DNA of 64,000 bases from Octopus bimaculoides (Eukaryota): the NCBI RefSeq assembly GCF_001194135.2, contig NC_068985.1:122315052-122379051 (forward strand), read 5' to 3'. Shown here piece after piece: positions 38,128 to 53,027 of the stretch; position 1 is the first letter of the stretch; the number at the start of each line of letters is the position of its first letter. Made by a program: the position numbers and the translations under genes. The notes beneath the pieces are model-generated. The model made no database searches. It had not been told where the DNA came from and saw only the letters and a list, made by a program, of their open reading frames with translations.

Positions 38128-38381
38128 GCAATGAGAAAATGGAGGAGAATATGCGGTACCCATCAACTTGCAGACAATGTATTCCGTTGATTAATCTGTT
38201 TATTTTATAACTAAATTGACAAAAAATCACAAATCTTAATTGTTAATATGACATGGTATGTCATAAGTATCTGTATATTGTGTTTTTTGTCATTTTAGTT
38301 ATAAAATAAACAGATTAATCAACGGAATACATTGTCTGCAAGTCAATGGATACTGCATATTCTCCTCCATTTTCTCATTGC
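38128..38381. mobile_element. MITE (254 bp) flanked by TA
   Basis: About 105-bp near-perfect TIRs starting gcaatgagaaaatggaggagaatatgc; TA on both sides suggests the Tc1/mariner class. Confidence 0.85.
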
Positions 38382-38538
38382 TATATAAATTTAGGGTAAA
38401 ATAACCCCCTTTTACCCACACCCACTTATTGTACTTGGTACAACACTAGTGTAACATTAATTGGGTACCCTTCCAGCAGTATATTGGATAGATACTATCC
38501 CTTAGTGGGTTGAATCCTCAACCCCTAACTCTCTTGGA

Positions 38539-38573
<35 letters not shown>

Positions 38574-38579
38574 GGTAAA

Positions 38580-39108
38580 GACCCCCTTCAGTCATAAATT
38601 ATCATGGGATTGCAACTAGAAAGCTCCCTTCTGAGGCACAAGTTCAGGCAAAGTTGTTCATGGAAGACTAGTAGTTGCTTAAGCATACCAGCCTCCCTCT
38701 CCATGCTACTGATGTTATCCAAGGGAAAGGCAAAGGCCAATAGAGCTCGGTGCCAGTGACATCGCAACTCATTTCTACAGCTTGTGGCTCAGTGGTTAGA
38801 GTGTTGGGTTTACAATCATGAGGTAGTGAGTTCAATTCTTGGACTGTACTGTGAGTTGTGTTCTTGAGCAAGACACTTTATTTCACGTTACTCCAGTTCA
38901 CTCAGCTGTAGAAATGAATTGTAAGGTTACTGATGCCAAGCTGTATCAGCCTTTACCTTTCCTTTGGATAAGATTGATGGCATGGAGAGAGGAGGCTGGT
39001 ATGCATGGGCGACTGCTGGTCTTCCATAAATCAACCATGTCCGGACTTGTGCCTCAGAGGGGAACCTGCTAGGTGCAATCCCATGGTCGTTCATGACTAA
39101 AAGGGGTC
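38580..39108. mobile_element. Inverted SINE pair: minus-strand 3' fragment (38580-38782) plus a full plus-strand CORE-type SINE (38784-39108)
   Basis: 38580-38782 is the reverse complement of 38904-39108. The plus copy has A box tggctcagtgg and CORE-like gttcttgagcaagacacttt. Confidence 0.85.
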
Positions 39109-39166
39109 AATTGTGTGTGTGTCTGTGTGTCTGTATGAGTGTGTGTGTGTTTCTGTGTGTGTGAGA

Positions 39167-39205
<39 letters not shown>

Positions 39206-39408
39206 TTTGTTTCTCAGCACTGCTTGACAACCAGTGCTTGTTTCTTTAGATCTCCATAACTTAGCGGTTTGGCAAAAAGTGATCAATAAAATAAGTACCA
39301 TACTTAAAAACAGAAATAAGTGCTGGAGTCGATTCATATGATTGAAAGTCCTTCAAGGTGGTGCTCCGGCATGGCTGCAGTCTGATGACTGAAACAAATA
39401 AAAGATAT

Positions 39409-39445
<37 letters not shown>

Positions 39446-40244
39446 ACACCATTATTTAACATCTGTCTTCCATGCTGGCATGGGTTGGACAGTTTGACAA
39501 GAGCTGGCAAGCTAGAGAGCTGCACCAGGCAACATTGTCTACTTTAGCATGGTTTCTATGCCAACTACTTTACAGAGTGTACTAAAGGCTTTTTATGTGA
39601 CACCAACACCAGTGGGGTTGTGAAGTGGCTTTGTGCCAAATGAATGTATAATACAGGGATAGCGATAGGTGTCTTTTTACAGAGGAGATACTTAACTACT
39701 CCAGTAATTAGAGAGACAGTCAGCATGAGAGAGAGAGAGAGAAATAGATGGTGTCAGAGATGCATTGGGTTCTATCCACAGAGAACAGTGGAGTGAGAGA
39801 GAGAGTATAAGTGATATAAAGGGATAGAGGAAGATCTAGCTATCAACCCATCTATCAGTCTATCTATTTATCTGCCTATCTACTTTTATACTTAATTCTA
39901 TATCTATAAAACCTTTTACACATCCTTTAACTTTATATCCATGCTAGGAAGGGCATCCAGCTGTAGAAATTATGTCAGAACAGACAATGGAACCTTGTGC
40001 AGCCCCTGTCCTTACCAACTTCAGTCAAACCATCCAATCCATGATAGCACGGAAAATGGACATTAAATGACGATGACGACGATGATGACAATGATGATGA
40101 TGATGATGATGATGATGATCCTTTAAAGCTTTTATATCCATGAACCTTTGAATTTTTAACCTCCACCCCATGTCAAGCATGACCATATGCATATGTGTAT
40201 GTGTGTGTGAGTGTTTGTGTGTGTGTGTGTGTGTATGTGTGTGT

Positions 40245-40282
<38 letters not shown>

Positions 40283-41272
40283 AAAAACATATTTGCTAAC
40301 AAAGAAGTAGCTATTAAAATGAATAATTTTTTTACATACCTTTTTTAAATCACTGTTGCACCAATAAAATTCCTTATACACATACATACACACACACACA
40401 CTGCAATATTCATTTGCAGAGAGTGAGAGAGAGTGTAGTAAATAGTGAGAGCGAGAGAGAGTGTAGTAAAAAGGAAAAAAGTTTACATTGAGAAAAGTGA
40501 AAAGAGAGAGAAAGAGAGAGATCTTTTCAGTTGCTGTAACATATTTTGAAATTTAAGAATTAAGTGAAAATTTNNNNNNNNNNAATGATTTGTTTATAGT
40601 GATCAAATGTATGTGTTGTACATTAGCTCACTCCCTCCATCAAATCGACATTGTTTGAACAAGTGCATGGTGTACCATATGTCAGGTGTTGAAGTATTGT
40701 AGAGCAACATGAGATGAAGTGTTTTTCTCAAGAGCACAATGCACCACCAAGTCAAGGAATTAAAACCACAATCTTTCAAATGTGAGTGCAACACCCTAAC
40801 CACTAGACCACACACTCTACCATTAAAACATTACGTGAAAAGGTATGAGAGGTGAATATATATATTTATTTAGCCACTTGTCTTCTATAGGGTTACAGCT
40901 GTTTCATAACCTTCATGTAGTATTAATTCCAGAATGGAAGAAATCATGCATACATGTTTGCATTAACATATATGCTCAGTATATAGCTTTCCTTATTTAC
41001 ATTAAATTGTGTGTGTATATATATATATTTTTATCCTTTTACTTGTTCTAGTCATTTGACTGCAGCCATGCTGCAGTACCGCCTTAAAGGGATTTTTAGT
41101 TGAAGAAATCAACCCCAGGACTTATTCTTTGTAAACCTAGTACTTATTCTATTGGTCTCTTTTGCCAAACAGCTAAGTTATGGGGATGTAAACATACCAA
41201 CATCAGTTATCAANNNNNNNNNNCAATGGTTTGGTGACAAACATAGAGAAAAAGACACACTCACACACACAC

Positions 41273-41324
<52 letters not shown>

Positions 41325-41859
41325 ATATGATGGGCTTCTTTCAGTTTCTGTCTACCAAATCCACTAGGAAGCTTTTATTTGTATGCATATTGAGTTGCAT
41401 GCTTCGGATATGTTGTTGCATTGGTTCTCCACTCTTTTCACAATCTCTTATTCACATGAGGTGTAGATATTACCCTGGGAGTGATGGTACCTAACTGCTT
41501 CGTCTTCGGTGTCCCTGTCGATTGCACAGAATTCTCCCCCTTTGTTCGATGGCAAGGTATGCATAAATTTTTATTTTTGTTTTTTAAAGAGTCAAGTGTG
41601 GTTATCTTAGGTGTAAGGTTAGCAGACATCATGGTTCTCAGGAGGCCCTGACATAGTCTTTCAACTTTGTTCTTGAAATAGTCCTCTGTGGTTGGTGATT
41701 TACTGAACTCTTCTTCAAATGGGTAAAGTTTAATATTTCTGAGATGGTCGTCTGTGCCCCGAGTAGTGTTGTCATTCTACTACAGCAAAAACAGCAACAG
41801 CATCAACAATGACAGCCTGGATAACAACAACATCAACAGCAGAGGAAGAAAGAAACAGA

Positions 41860-42430
41860 AGAGTAAACACTGGGTCTATGTTAATCTACCATACTACAGA
41901 GAGATGGTGGAGAACAAGCTAAAAAACTGCATCAAGAGACCTAGTGTCTCCTTCAGATTTATGAGGTAGGGCCACACACTAAGGCACTACCTCTCACACA
42001 CCAATAACATATCAGATGCTTTCTACCTAAACCAATATCCGATCAGAGCAATGTACAGCATCCGGTTGCATTTTAATTCCAACATGGTGTACCAAATGAC
42101 ATGCTCTTGCAGAATGACATGCATATTATCAGCTAGAAGACAACTTTACTTTAGATTTAAACTTTACCAACACCACCAAGACTGCAGTGGGGATCTCCCC
42201 ACCCGGATGCTGGTGGGGGATACATGCAGTTAGCCTCAAGATCAGAGGTACACTTTATTAGGAAGAAGGCACCTTGCCTCAACTACTGTAATGCACTGGA
42301 TGCATGGAAATATATCTACTGCTTCCAGGATCTTTAACTAGCACCAGTGATAGCTATCATCATGAAAGAATGAAAAAAATAAGGATTAAGGATGTCTGGT
42401 GAAGAATCATTGTTTCGAAGGCACAAACAA
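41860..42430 (+). mobile_element. Penelope-like element 3' remnant (GIY-YIG endonuclease)
   Basis: VNLPYYREMVENKLKNCIK and NMVYQMTCSCRMTCI...RRQLYFRFKLYQH resemble the PLE V.LPY and NVVY.I.C.C..YIG.T.R.L..R..EH motifs; decayed. Confidence 0.6.
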
Positions 42431-42992
42431 GATAAGCTGTAACACCCAGCAACAAGGCTCTCTACGGGTCACATCGTACTTAAGATAGACTCTGTCTGTC
42501 TGTCTATCCACCAACCTGCCTGCCTGCCTATCTATCTATTGACTTGTCCTTCTGTCGGTCTAGTTATTTATCTACCCATCTACCACCAACAAGACTTATC
42601 CTACAATGTTAGCTGGATTTGTCACTATCGGGGTATTATCTTACCTGTTTGATATATTACTTGCTTAAAATTTTACCTGACAATGGTGTACTATATGTTA
42701 TGATGTAATCTATGAATACATCAATAAAATTATACTGAAACAGCTGTCATAAATAATAAAAACTCCATTTGTTTTCTTTTTACACCTGTGTCACGCCTAG
42801 AACCAACCTCAGAGTTGGATTTATGGGTTAAATTGGATTTAGTACTTATATATCTACAGTATCCAACCAACACTTGATACTTTCATTGTTGTTTACCTCA
42901 CTGTGAATCCTATGTTATTGTATCTAGCCATTACTGGCATCCTATGTGTTGATGTGCCTAGATTCTATTGAATCCTATAACTAATTAATATA

Positions 42993-43050
<58 letters not shown>

Positions 43051-43495
43051 TTTACATCTTAGAAATTTTTTAAAAAATTAATAATACCGTCTCCAAGAAC
43101 ATTAATGGTGGTCTGTATCAGCCAAATTTGTTTTTAGCAAAGTTTGTAAATTTTAATAATATTGTGTACTGTTAGTAGATGAGAATGGTGATGCTTTGAG
43201 CAAAGCTCTTTCTCAGAAGAAGAATACATTTTTAAATATCACTGACAGGATAGGTTTTTTTAAAAAAGGTTCTAACCTCTGATGAAGGGTTTTACTTGAA
43301 ATATCAAAGTTCACATCTCCCCACGGGGTACAAAGATTAAATAAATTTACAAACTTTTATAGAAATAATTGACTGATTCAACCTCGTACTGAACTCAATC
43401 ATGTTACTGAGTTACAGTTTAGAAAAAAATAAAAAACACAAATCAAACAAAATCAATACAAGCTTTAATAAACTCTAATCATTTCCAGATTAGAT

Positions 43496-43637
43496 TTTAT
43501 TAAAACAGAAATATTGAATAAATTTATTTTTCTATATATTTAGAATTGTCATGGCTTCCAGCAAATCTTCCTTTGCTTACATTTCATTCATATTTCATCA
43601 TTAAATATAACAATGATACATTTAGATAATATTTATT
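43496..43637 (-). promoter_or_regulatory. Candidate polyadenylation signals of beta-tubulin
   Basis: AATAAA on the minus strand (plus-strand tttatt at 43632-37, 43523-28 and 43496-501), 190-330 nt downstream of the stop. Which one is used is unknown. Confidence 0.5.
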
Positions 43638-43823
43638 TGAAAAGAATACAGACCAAATGACAAGTAAAATATGACCAAAGTCTGACATATTTGAGATTTA
43701 TTGATATTACATCACATACATCTTTGCAACACCAAGAAATTTCAGGATTAGTATTGGAAGCATTTTCATATAGAAACAAGAAACATTTCACATCAAACAT
43801 AGTTTAGGATTATAGAATGACAT

Positions 43824-44666
<843 letters not shown>

Positions 44667-44960
44667 TTAGACATTTAAAAAAGAAAATATAAGGAAAAAA
44701 ATAAACGATTTTAAAATTTTCTTTTAGATATTAATATGAGTTGAGAAGTTATTTAAATTTTTACATGTTGGATGTGCATCTCACCTCAAATTTCTTTTCT
44801 TACTGTTTATTATACAATTTCATATTCCAGCATAGACATGACTGTGTGGTTTAAGAAATTTGTTTCTCAACAACCTGACCTTGGGTTCAGTCCTACAGCA
44901 CTAGCCCTGTCTGACAAATCTCTTGCAAAGGAATTTGGTAGATGAAAATTGAAGGAAGCC

Positions 44961-45013
<53 letters not shown>

Positions 45014-45839
45014 TCACAAAAACAACAGTTGTTATATTTGAAAACTAATCAACAGGCAAAATGGTCAAGAGGACAATATTTTGTGATACAACTTCACAGA
45101 TCTTTTGCTCAATCCAGTGAAGGTTCTTAATTTGTATTTCTGAGCAAGAAACTTTATCATATATTGTAGCAATTGATAAAAAAAATGGAGGACCAGGGTG
45201 GGGGGAATGAGAAGGAAATGTCCATTCTTCTAATGAAACAGAGATAATCTTGATTTATGTGTTGATATGGTAGGAAGCTGCAAATAAAGATGTCAATTTA
45301 TCCTCAGACTAGAAACCTGGTCCAAATGTCTGTAACAGATTGACCTTTGCTAATAAGAACACGAAGGCCAAGAGGTGGGGTTAAAACATGCTGTGGATTG
45401 AGTATACCACCCAACAACAGATACAGGTCAGCCTGTAGAGTTTTACAGAATTTTAGTTTTGTTTACCCAACTTAACTTACAAAGCTTAGGTCTACATGAA
45501 GTTATGGTAGAAGACACTTGCTGAAAAGTGCCACATACATCATCAATCTGGAACAAATACATACTAGATGTTATTCTTGTTGATGATATAGACAAAGAGA
45601 ATATTAGCTCTCATATATGTAAAGGTTAAAAACTGGAGGTGTTCATTATAACTGACAAATGCTTGGGTTGAAGACACCCGCACAAGATACTGCACAGTTC
45701 ACCAAACGTAAAAAATATGTACTAGACACCTTGAGAAAATTATCTCTTGTATATATGCAAACCTTAAAAGGGGATGGTCATTTGCACTTAAAATATCTTA
45801 AGAAACTTAAGAAAAATTTTAGGAAAAAAGTGAAAATTA

Positions 45840-46394
<555 letters not shown>

Positions 46395-47280
46395 CTATCT
46401 CCCTCTTGTTATCTATCATATCCTTACAACTTTTTTCTGTGCTGGTGTCGTGATAAAATGCACCCACCCTGTGCAAAGTGGCTATCAGGAAGAGCATCCT
46501 GTCACAGAAACCAAAACAAAAATTAAACTTAGGGAGTGTAATGTAGTCCCTTGACTTGTCTCTATAATATAACAAAAACAAATACAGACACACACATGCA
46601 CACATGCACACAAACACACACATGTACACATGCACAAAAACACACACATGCACACGACCACACAAATGTCTATATATACATATCCCTACTTTCTGACCTA
46701 TCTCTTATTATACTGCTGTTTACCACCCTTCCATTACTGCCACAGGTCTCCTTGATAAACCACTCTTATATCAACACTCCCTGCTCTATCAGTCACTCCC
46801 CTCTCAGTCTCTTACACAGCCACCCTTCCAGATCCTTTGTCTGCATTCCCTCTTATACTCACTTTCCTATTCGATGAGTGTATGCTGTGAAACCCCTGTC
46901 ACCAGCTTGTCATCCTTCCAGCTACTCCCTCCTTATATAATGTGGTTGGGGGAACCATGTATCTCTCCTTTAACCTCTCACCACCTGGCATTAAGCCACT
47001 TCCCTCCCTGCTACAACCCTACTCACTGAAGGGGGAATTTTTTTGTCTTGGGAGTAACTTGGCCTCCATACTAGTGCTGGTGTTTTTAAACAAGTACCCA
47101 GTATACTCTGTAAAGTAGTTGGCATAGGGAAGGACATCCAACCATATAAACCACACCTAAGCAGATACTGGAGCTCAACGCTGAGCTTCAGTTCATTGGA
47201 CCCTGTCAAACAGCATGGAAGATGGATGTGGAACGGTGATGATGATGACATACATGCTTGTATGCATACAAACATACATA

Positions 47281-47913
47281 TAAGGTATGTTCAAAAAGTA
47301 TCCAATTTTATTTTTTCCCTATCAAACCTAATGCTTTGTGGGCAAAATCATTTGGGTGGGAGGTGAAGCCACCCTCCCTGCACATGTGAGAAAATGTTTG
47401 CTCCTGGTAGGTGTCTAGAGTACAGATGTGTAGTGTGCACACATTGGATTTTCGTTTTCACACAAGATGACCGAATGCACCAAGCAGTTACCGTAAGCCT
47501 ATGTCTCATCATCAGTGATAATGGTCTTCATGAGGCCTGGGTCATGGCTTGCACAGTCCAGCATGTCCTGAGCAATTTCTATGCAGATGTGCTTCTACTT
47601 CTCTGCCAACACCTTGGGGACAAATTTTGCCATTGCTCTCTGCATGCACAAATCCTCCATTAAAATGGAATGCAATGATCCTGTGCTTATTCCCATTTCA
47701 TGAGCAATTTCCTGGATTGTTACATGACTGTCTTCCATGACTCTTCACAGAAACATCTCAATCAACTCCTCAATTTGACTTCTGGATGGTCTGCCTGAGT
47801 GTGCCTTGATCTCCAGCGAGGTGGTGTCACCTCCTACCCAAAGGACTTTGCCCATGCAACATTAGTTTTGGTAGGATAAAAAATAAAGTTGGATACTTTT
47901 TGAATGTACCTCA
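47281..47913. mobile_element. Mariner (DD34D-type) deletion derivative in tubulin intron 2
   Basis: Termini aggtatgttcaaaaagtatccaa / ttggatactttttgaatgtacct. Minus-strand remnant SGRPS...IAHEMGISTGS...AKFVP...KTIITDDET. Confidence 0.85.
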
Positions 47914-48619
47914 ACATAGGCACGCGCACGCGCAGACACACACACACACACTATCTTTTTTTAAATTTTCATAAATCAAGTTCCCTCACAAGGCTTTGGT
48001 TAGACAAGCTACAGTAGAAGGCACTTGTTAAAAGTATCACACAGTGGGACTGAACCTGAAACTTAACAGTTTCTGAATCCATTATGCCATGCAATTCCAA
48101 ATTCTTGCCAGAGTTAATACTGCTTTTTTGTTGTCTCTTCAGATCCAAAGAAGGTATTTTGACTCATTATTTTCCTAAAATCCTAGTCTGTTGTTATGAA
48201 CTAATGAGGTAGTATGCACCTGGTCACTCGACCAGTTAGAAACAGTAGGGACCATATTTAATGGCTTATGAGGCACACATTTTACACCCACCACTGAAAA
48301 ATGTCTCAGAAAATCAACCAGTCTTATAAACACATAGTGGCAATTTGGCAAGAGTTGTTAGAACATTGGTTAAAATACCTCACAGTATTTGTTCTAACTC
48401 CCAGTACTCTTGAGTTCAAATCCTACCAAGGTCAATCAGGGTTGATTGATGAAAAAGTAACCAAGTACCAATCCAGGGTAATGGATTGGGAGAACTCCAA
48501 AAATATTGAACTGGATATCTTGCACAATTTGCATAAATATCCCTTTATGCAGTGTTTTTGAACCTCGGTCTAGATCTTCCATGGTTTCTTTTCCCTTTGC
48601 ATAGTTGGGAGTAAAGGAA

Positions 48620-48860
48620 TTGTCTGGGGAGCCTGCCATTGTCCATCTTGTGTACATGTCCATCATAAGAAGCAAACCAGCATAGTGCAGGATCTTTTTA
48701 TTATTCTGGAACTTGTCAAAGAAAGGGATATTCGCAATTTGTCACAGCTGTCTCATCATATATGCATGCAACTTGTCTACTTGAGTGTTATAGACTGTTG
48801 GGGTCTCAGCTCCATACAACAAGGAAGAAAGCACTATAGCCTAGTATACATTGTATTTCA
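48620..48860 (-). mobile_element. RTE-clade LINE fragment
   Basis: AIVLSSLLYGAET..VY..QVDKLHAYMMRQL, an RTE post-RT motif. Confidence 0.7.
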
Positions 48861-49709
48861 CATGTATAGAAACATGCTTATTTTTTCACAGCCTTATGGA
48901 AAAAAAAACACTTAAATAATTTTTTTAATCCTTTAATTAGAAAGAAAGGTAGTACCCATGACCATTTACAGGACTTCTGACATTCGTAGAAGGAAGGATG
49001 GGAAGGAAGTAGGGAAGAAGGTATTCTCAGAATGGAGACTTGGTTCAAAAGCTCACAAGAGTGTGTACTCTATTAAAGGTATCTGAGATGCCAGGTATTG
49101 ATGTTAAACTGAGTGGCAGATTAAAATCAACCATCCAAGTAAGCCATAGCAAGAGTTGAACTCTGAATGCAAAGAGCTGGAACAAATACCACAAGGTATT
49201 CGGTTTGATATTTTTACATTTTTACCAATACACTGATCTAGATTTGTATGTTTTTATTAACTCAAAAAGGATGAAAGCGAAAGTTGACCTCAATAAGACT
49301 TGAACTTGGAGCACAGAGAATCATCATCATCAACATCATCATCCTTTAACGTTCACTTTCCATGCTGGCATGGGTTGGACAGTTTGACCAGAGCTGCCAA
49401 GCCAGAGAACTGCACCAAGTTCCAGTCTGACTTGGCTTGGTTTCTATGGCTGGATGCCCTTCCTAATGCCAAAAGAACAAATAATATGAGGCATTCGATC
49501 AGAAACACTAATGACTCAGCTAATTTTACACATGCATGTGCGTGCATGCAACTGCACGCACACATGCACACACACTCACAAACATACATACACACACATA
49601 TACTGTCTGAAAAATAAAGGATGGTCAAGGATGGAACTCTTTTCATCACAAGTCTGCTTGGACAGGATTTTGACATAGGGCTTTGGACATAAGGATTTGG
49701 ACACATAAA

Positions 49710-50843
49710 AGGTGCAGCAATATCAGAGGAAGGTTAACAGGGAAAATAGCTTTTGTATGTGGAAGATGCACAAGTATAATAAACACCGAAAATGTATAGA
49801 AAATAGACTCCATCAACTGCCAGTGGGGTAAGCTAGAGATAATAGATAGCTTCCGTTATCTAGGTGACCAAGTTAGTAGCGGAGGTGGATGCTCCGAGAG
49901 CATAGCTGTGAGAATAAGAATAGGCTGGGCAAAGTTCAGAGAGCTCCTACCTCTGCTGGCAATAAAGGGCTTCTCTCTCAGAGTGAAACGCAAATTGTAT
50001 GATGCCTATGTGCAAGCAGCTATGCTACACTGCAGTGAAACATGGGCTGTGACAGCCGAGGACATGCGTAGGCTTGAAAGAAATGAAGCCAGTATGCTTC
50101 GCTGGATGTGCAACGTCAGTGTGCATGTTCGGCAGAGTGTAAGCATCTTGAGAGAAAAGTTAAGCATAAGAGGCATTAGATGTGATGTGCAAGAGAGACA
50201 ACTGTGCTGGTATGACGATGTGATGCATATGGGTGAGGACAGCTGTGTAAAGAAGTGCTGAACTCTAACTGTGGAGGGAACTTGTGGCAGAGGTAGACCC
50301 AGGAAAACATGGGATGCGGAAGCATGATCTTCAAACTTTGGGCCTCACAGAGACAATGACTAGTAACCGAGACCTTTGGCGATATGCTGTGCTTGAGAAG
50401 ACCCGTCAAGTCAAGTGAAATCGTAGTTGTGGCTGATGCTAGTGTCATGTAACTGGCATCCGTGCCGGTATCACATAAAAAGCACCTTTTGAGAGTTGGG
50501 CCTCACGGAGGCAAAGTGACTGAGCTCCTTTCGAATGTTGGACTTCACGGAGGCAATGACCAACTCCTTTGACATTATGTCATGCATGAGAAGAAAACCC
50601 ATGAAGCTGAGAAAAATCACAGTCTTGACAGATACTGGTGTCATGCAAATGGCACCTGTGCTGGTGGCATGTAAAAGTACCCATTACACTCTTGGAGTGG
50701 TTGTCGTTAGGAAGGGCATCCAGCTGTAGAAACCATGCTAAATCAGACTGGAGTTTGGTGCAGCCTTCTAGCATGCCAGCCTTGGTCAAACCGTTCAACC
50801 CATGCTAGCATGGACAACGGAAGTTAAATGATGATGATGATGA
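49710..50843 (+). mobile_element. RTE-clade LINE 3' end with duplicated terminal module and (ATG)n tail
   Basis: SFRYLGDQ...RIRIGWAKFRELLPLL...ETWAV...RRLERNEASMLRWMCNV, followed by the 3' UTR and atgatgatga tail. Confidence 0.88.
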
Positions 50844-51457
50844 AGGCTAATCAATACCAACGACTCTCTAGCTATTAAAGAGAGATTAATACACATCTAT
50901 ATATAGTTACAGCTACTCGACTGGTATAACCATACACACGAGCACCAAAGTAATAAACACCACATAAGGAGATACAGAAGCGTATATTTTTTCATCAGTG
51001 TTCACAGACACCATTTATCTCCGACATGGCTTACCCCAAGGGCAACAACTCATGTTCACCTTGTTGGGCTATACAACAAGGAAGATAATCCAATATCAAG
51101 AGTGCTGAGACCATTGAAAAAAATTTAAGATTCTGCAAGATCAAGTATCTTTTAATAAAATTTCATTAAAAATTGTACACATCATTTCGAAAATAATACG
51201 ATATTATTTTTATATCAATAAATTCCCTAAACAATGTTTTTTATCATTTCAGGATTTCTCAAAATTAGGGTGGTAGAGAGTGTTTCTAAATACGTACATC
51301 AATTCTACAATTGTTTTGTAAACACACACACACACACGTATATATACACACATATATAAATACATACCTATACAGACATACACATATATATACTTATATA
51401 TTCAGATACATATATGCACACACACATGCCTACATATATCTATATATGCAAATATTG

Positions 51458-51516
<59 letters not shown>

Positions 51517-52010
51517 TTATACTCAGGTCTGTATGAGTTAGAGGTTAAACGACCATCTAAGGGATAATAAATATCCAATATACTACTGGATGTATACCTA
51601 TACCTATGTATTTACATCCAAATGCTTACTGTTGTAGAGCAGTAGTGCAATTGAATAATAGGTATGAGTTGGGTTAAAGCAGAAATTTACCCAGAATTTA
51701 TAAGGCAAAGAAGAAAATGGAGAAGATCATCAACCAGCAAACATCAGCCTGAAAATATTCATTTGGATCTATTTATTAATTAATTACAATCATATGTGTA
51801 TGTAAGTAAATAAACAAGTAATTCTATAATTGTATGATATCCTATTACATAGCTGTTAGCTTCTAACTTTTAACCCCTGTGATATGGACCATTCCATTAA
51901 CCCCACTTCACTGCATCTTACCCTTGCTACATCCCCCAGTAAATTGAAATAAGTGACTTTTTTTTACCATAAGATGTAATCTCATAACCTATGGATATTT
52001 TTTACTATTC

Positions 52011-52046
<36 letters not shown>

Positions 52047-52048
<2 letters not shown>

Positions 52049-52376
52049 AGCAATCCGTTGGTTACGATGATGAGGGTCCCAGCTGATACAGTCAACGGAA
52101 CAGCCTGCTCGTGAAACTAACGTGCAAGTGACTGAGCACTCCACAGACACGTGTACCCCTAACGTAGTTCTCAGGGAGATTCAGCATGACACAGAGTGTG
52201 ACAATGCTGACCCCTTGTAATACAGGTACTACTCATTTTTGCCAGCTGAGTGGACTGGAGCAACGTGAAATAAAGTGTCTTGCTCAAGACACTTTATTTT
52301 AACGTGTCGCCGGGAATTGAACTCACAACCTTACGATTGTGAGCTGAATGCCCTAACCACTAAGCCACGCACCTTC
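52047..52376 (-). mobile_element. tRNA-derived CORE-type SINE
   Basis: Minus head gtggcttagtggttaggg...gagttcaattccc, CORE-like gtcttgagcaagacacttt, and a tail shared with 21260-21400. Confidence 0.85.
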
Positions 52377-52930
52377 ATGCAAATATATAGGTATATATAA
52401 TATGAAGTTAAATAAATTACAAGGAAACAGTTATTATGTAATCAACTTCATTTGCTTACAGCTGTTTCGACAATAGGATGAAATGCATTTAAAGCTGTGC
52501 ATCACCTTATAGCTACTTTAGAGCTTCTAAAATGAAGTACAGTTTTATTCAAGGAAGCCTTTACATACATGGGAAAGATCATCATTATGACTAAGCAAAA
52601 TCTTAATATATATGAGTGTGCATGCACACACATATACATAAACATATATACCTACACACACACATGCAGATTTAGTAACAATGTATCATGTATGATATAT
52701 TATATGCATGTGTATATACATCATTTTATGCAAATGCATGTGTATATACATCGTTTTATGCAAAGTAAAAAAAAAAAAGAGACAAATCAAACATTAAATT
52801 TCAGGATCACTTAGTAAACAAAAATGTTTTGTTTTTTTTTACAAGGAAAAGGTTGACAGCTACAGTGAAGTTTCAGTTCAGTAATCACCAGCAAACTTCA
52901 AGGTAACTGTTAACCTTCTCCTTGTAAAAA

Positions 52931-53027
<97 letters not shown>

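Noticed and set aside
39382-39395. CTGATGActGAAAC
   Set aside because: A mutated SINE tail (consensus gcagtcaaatgactgaaac) with no room for stem II.
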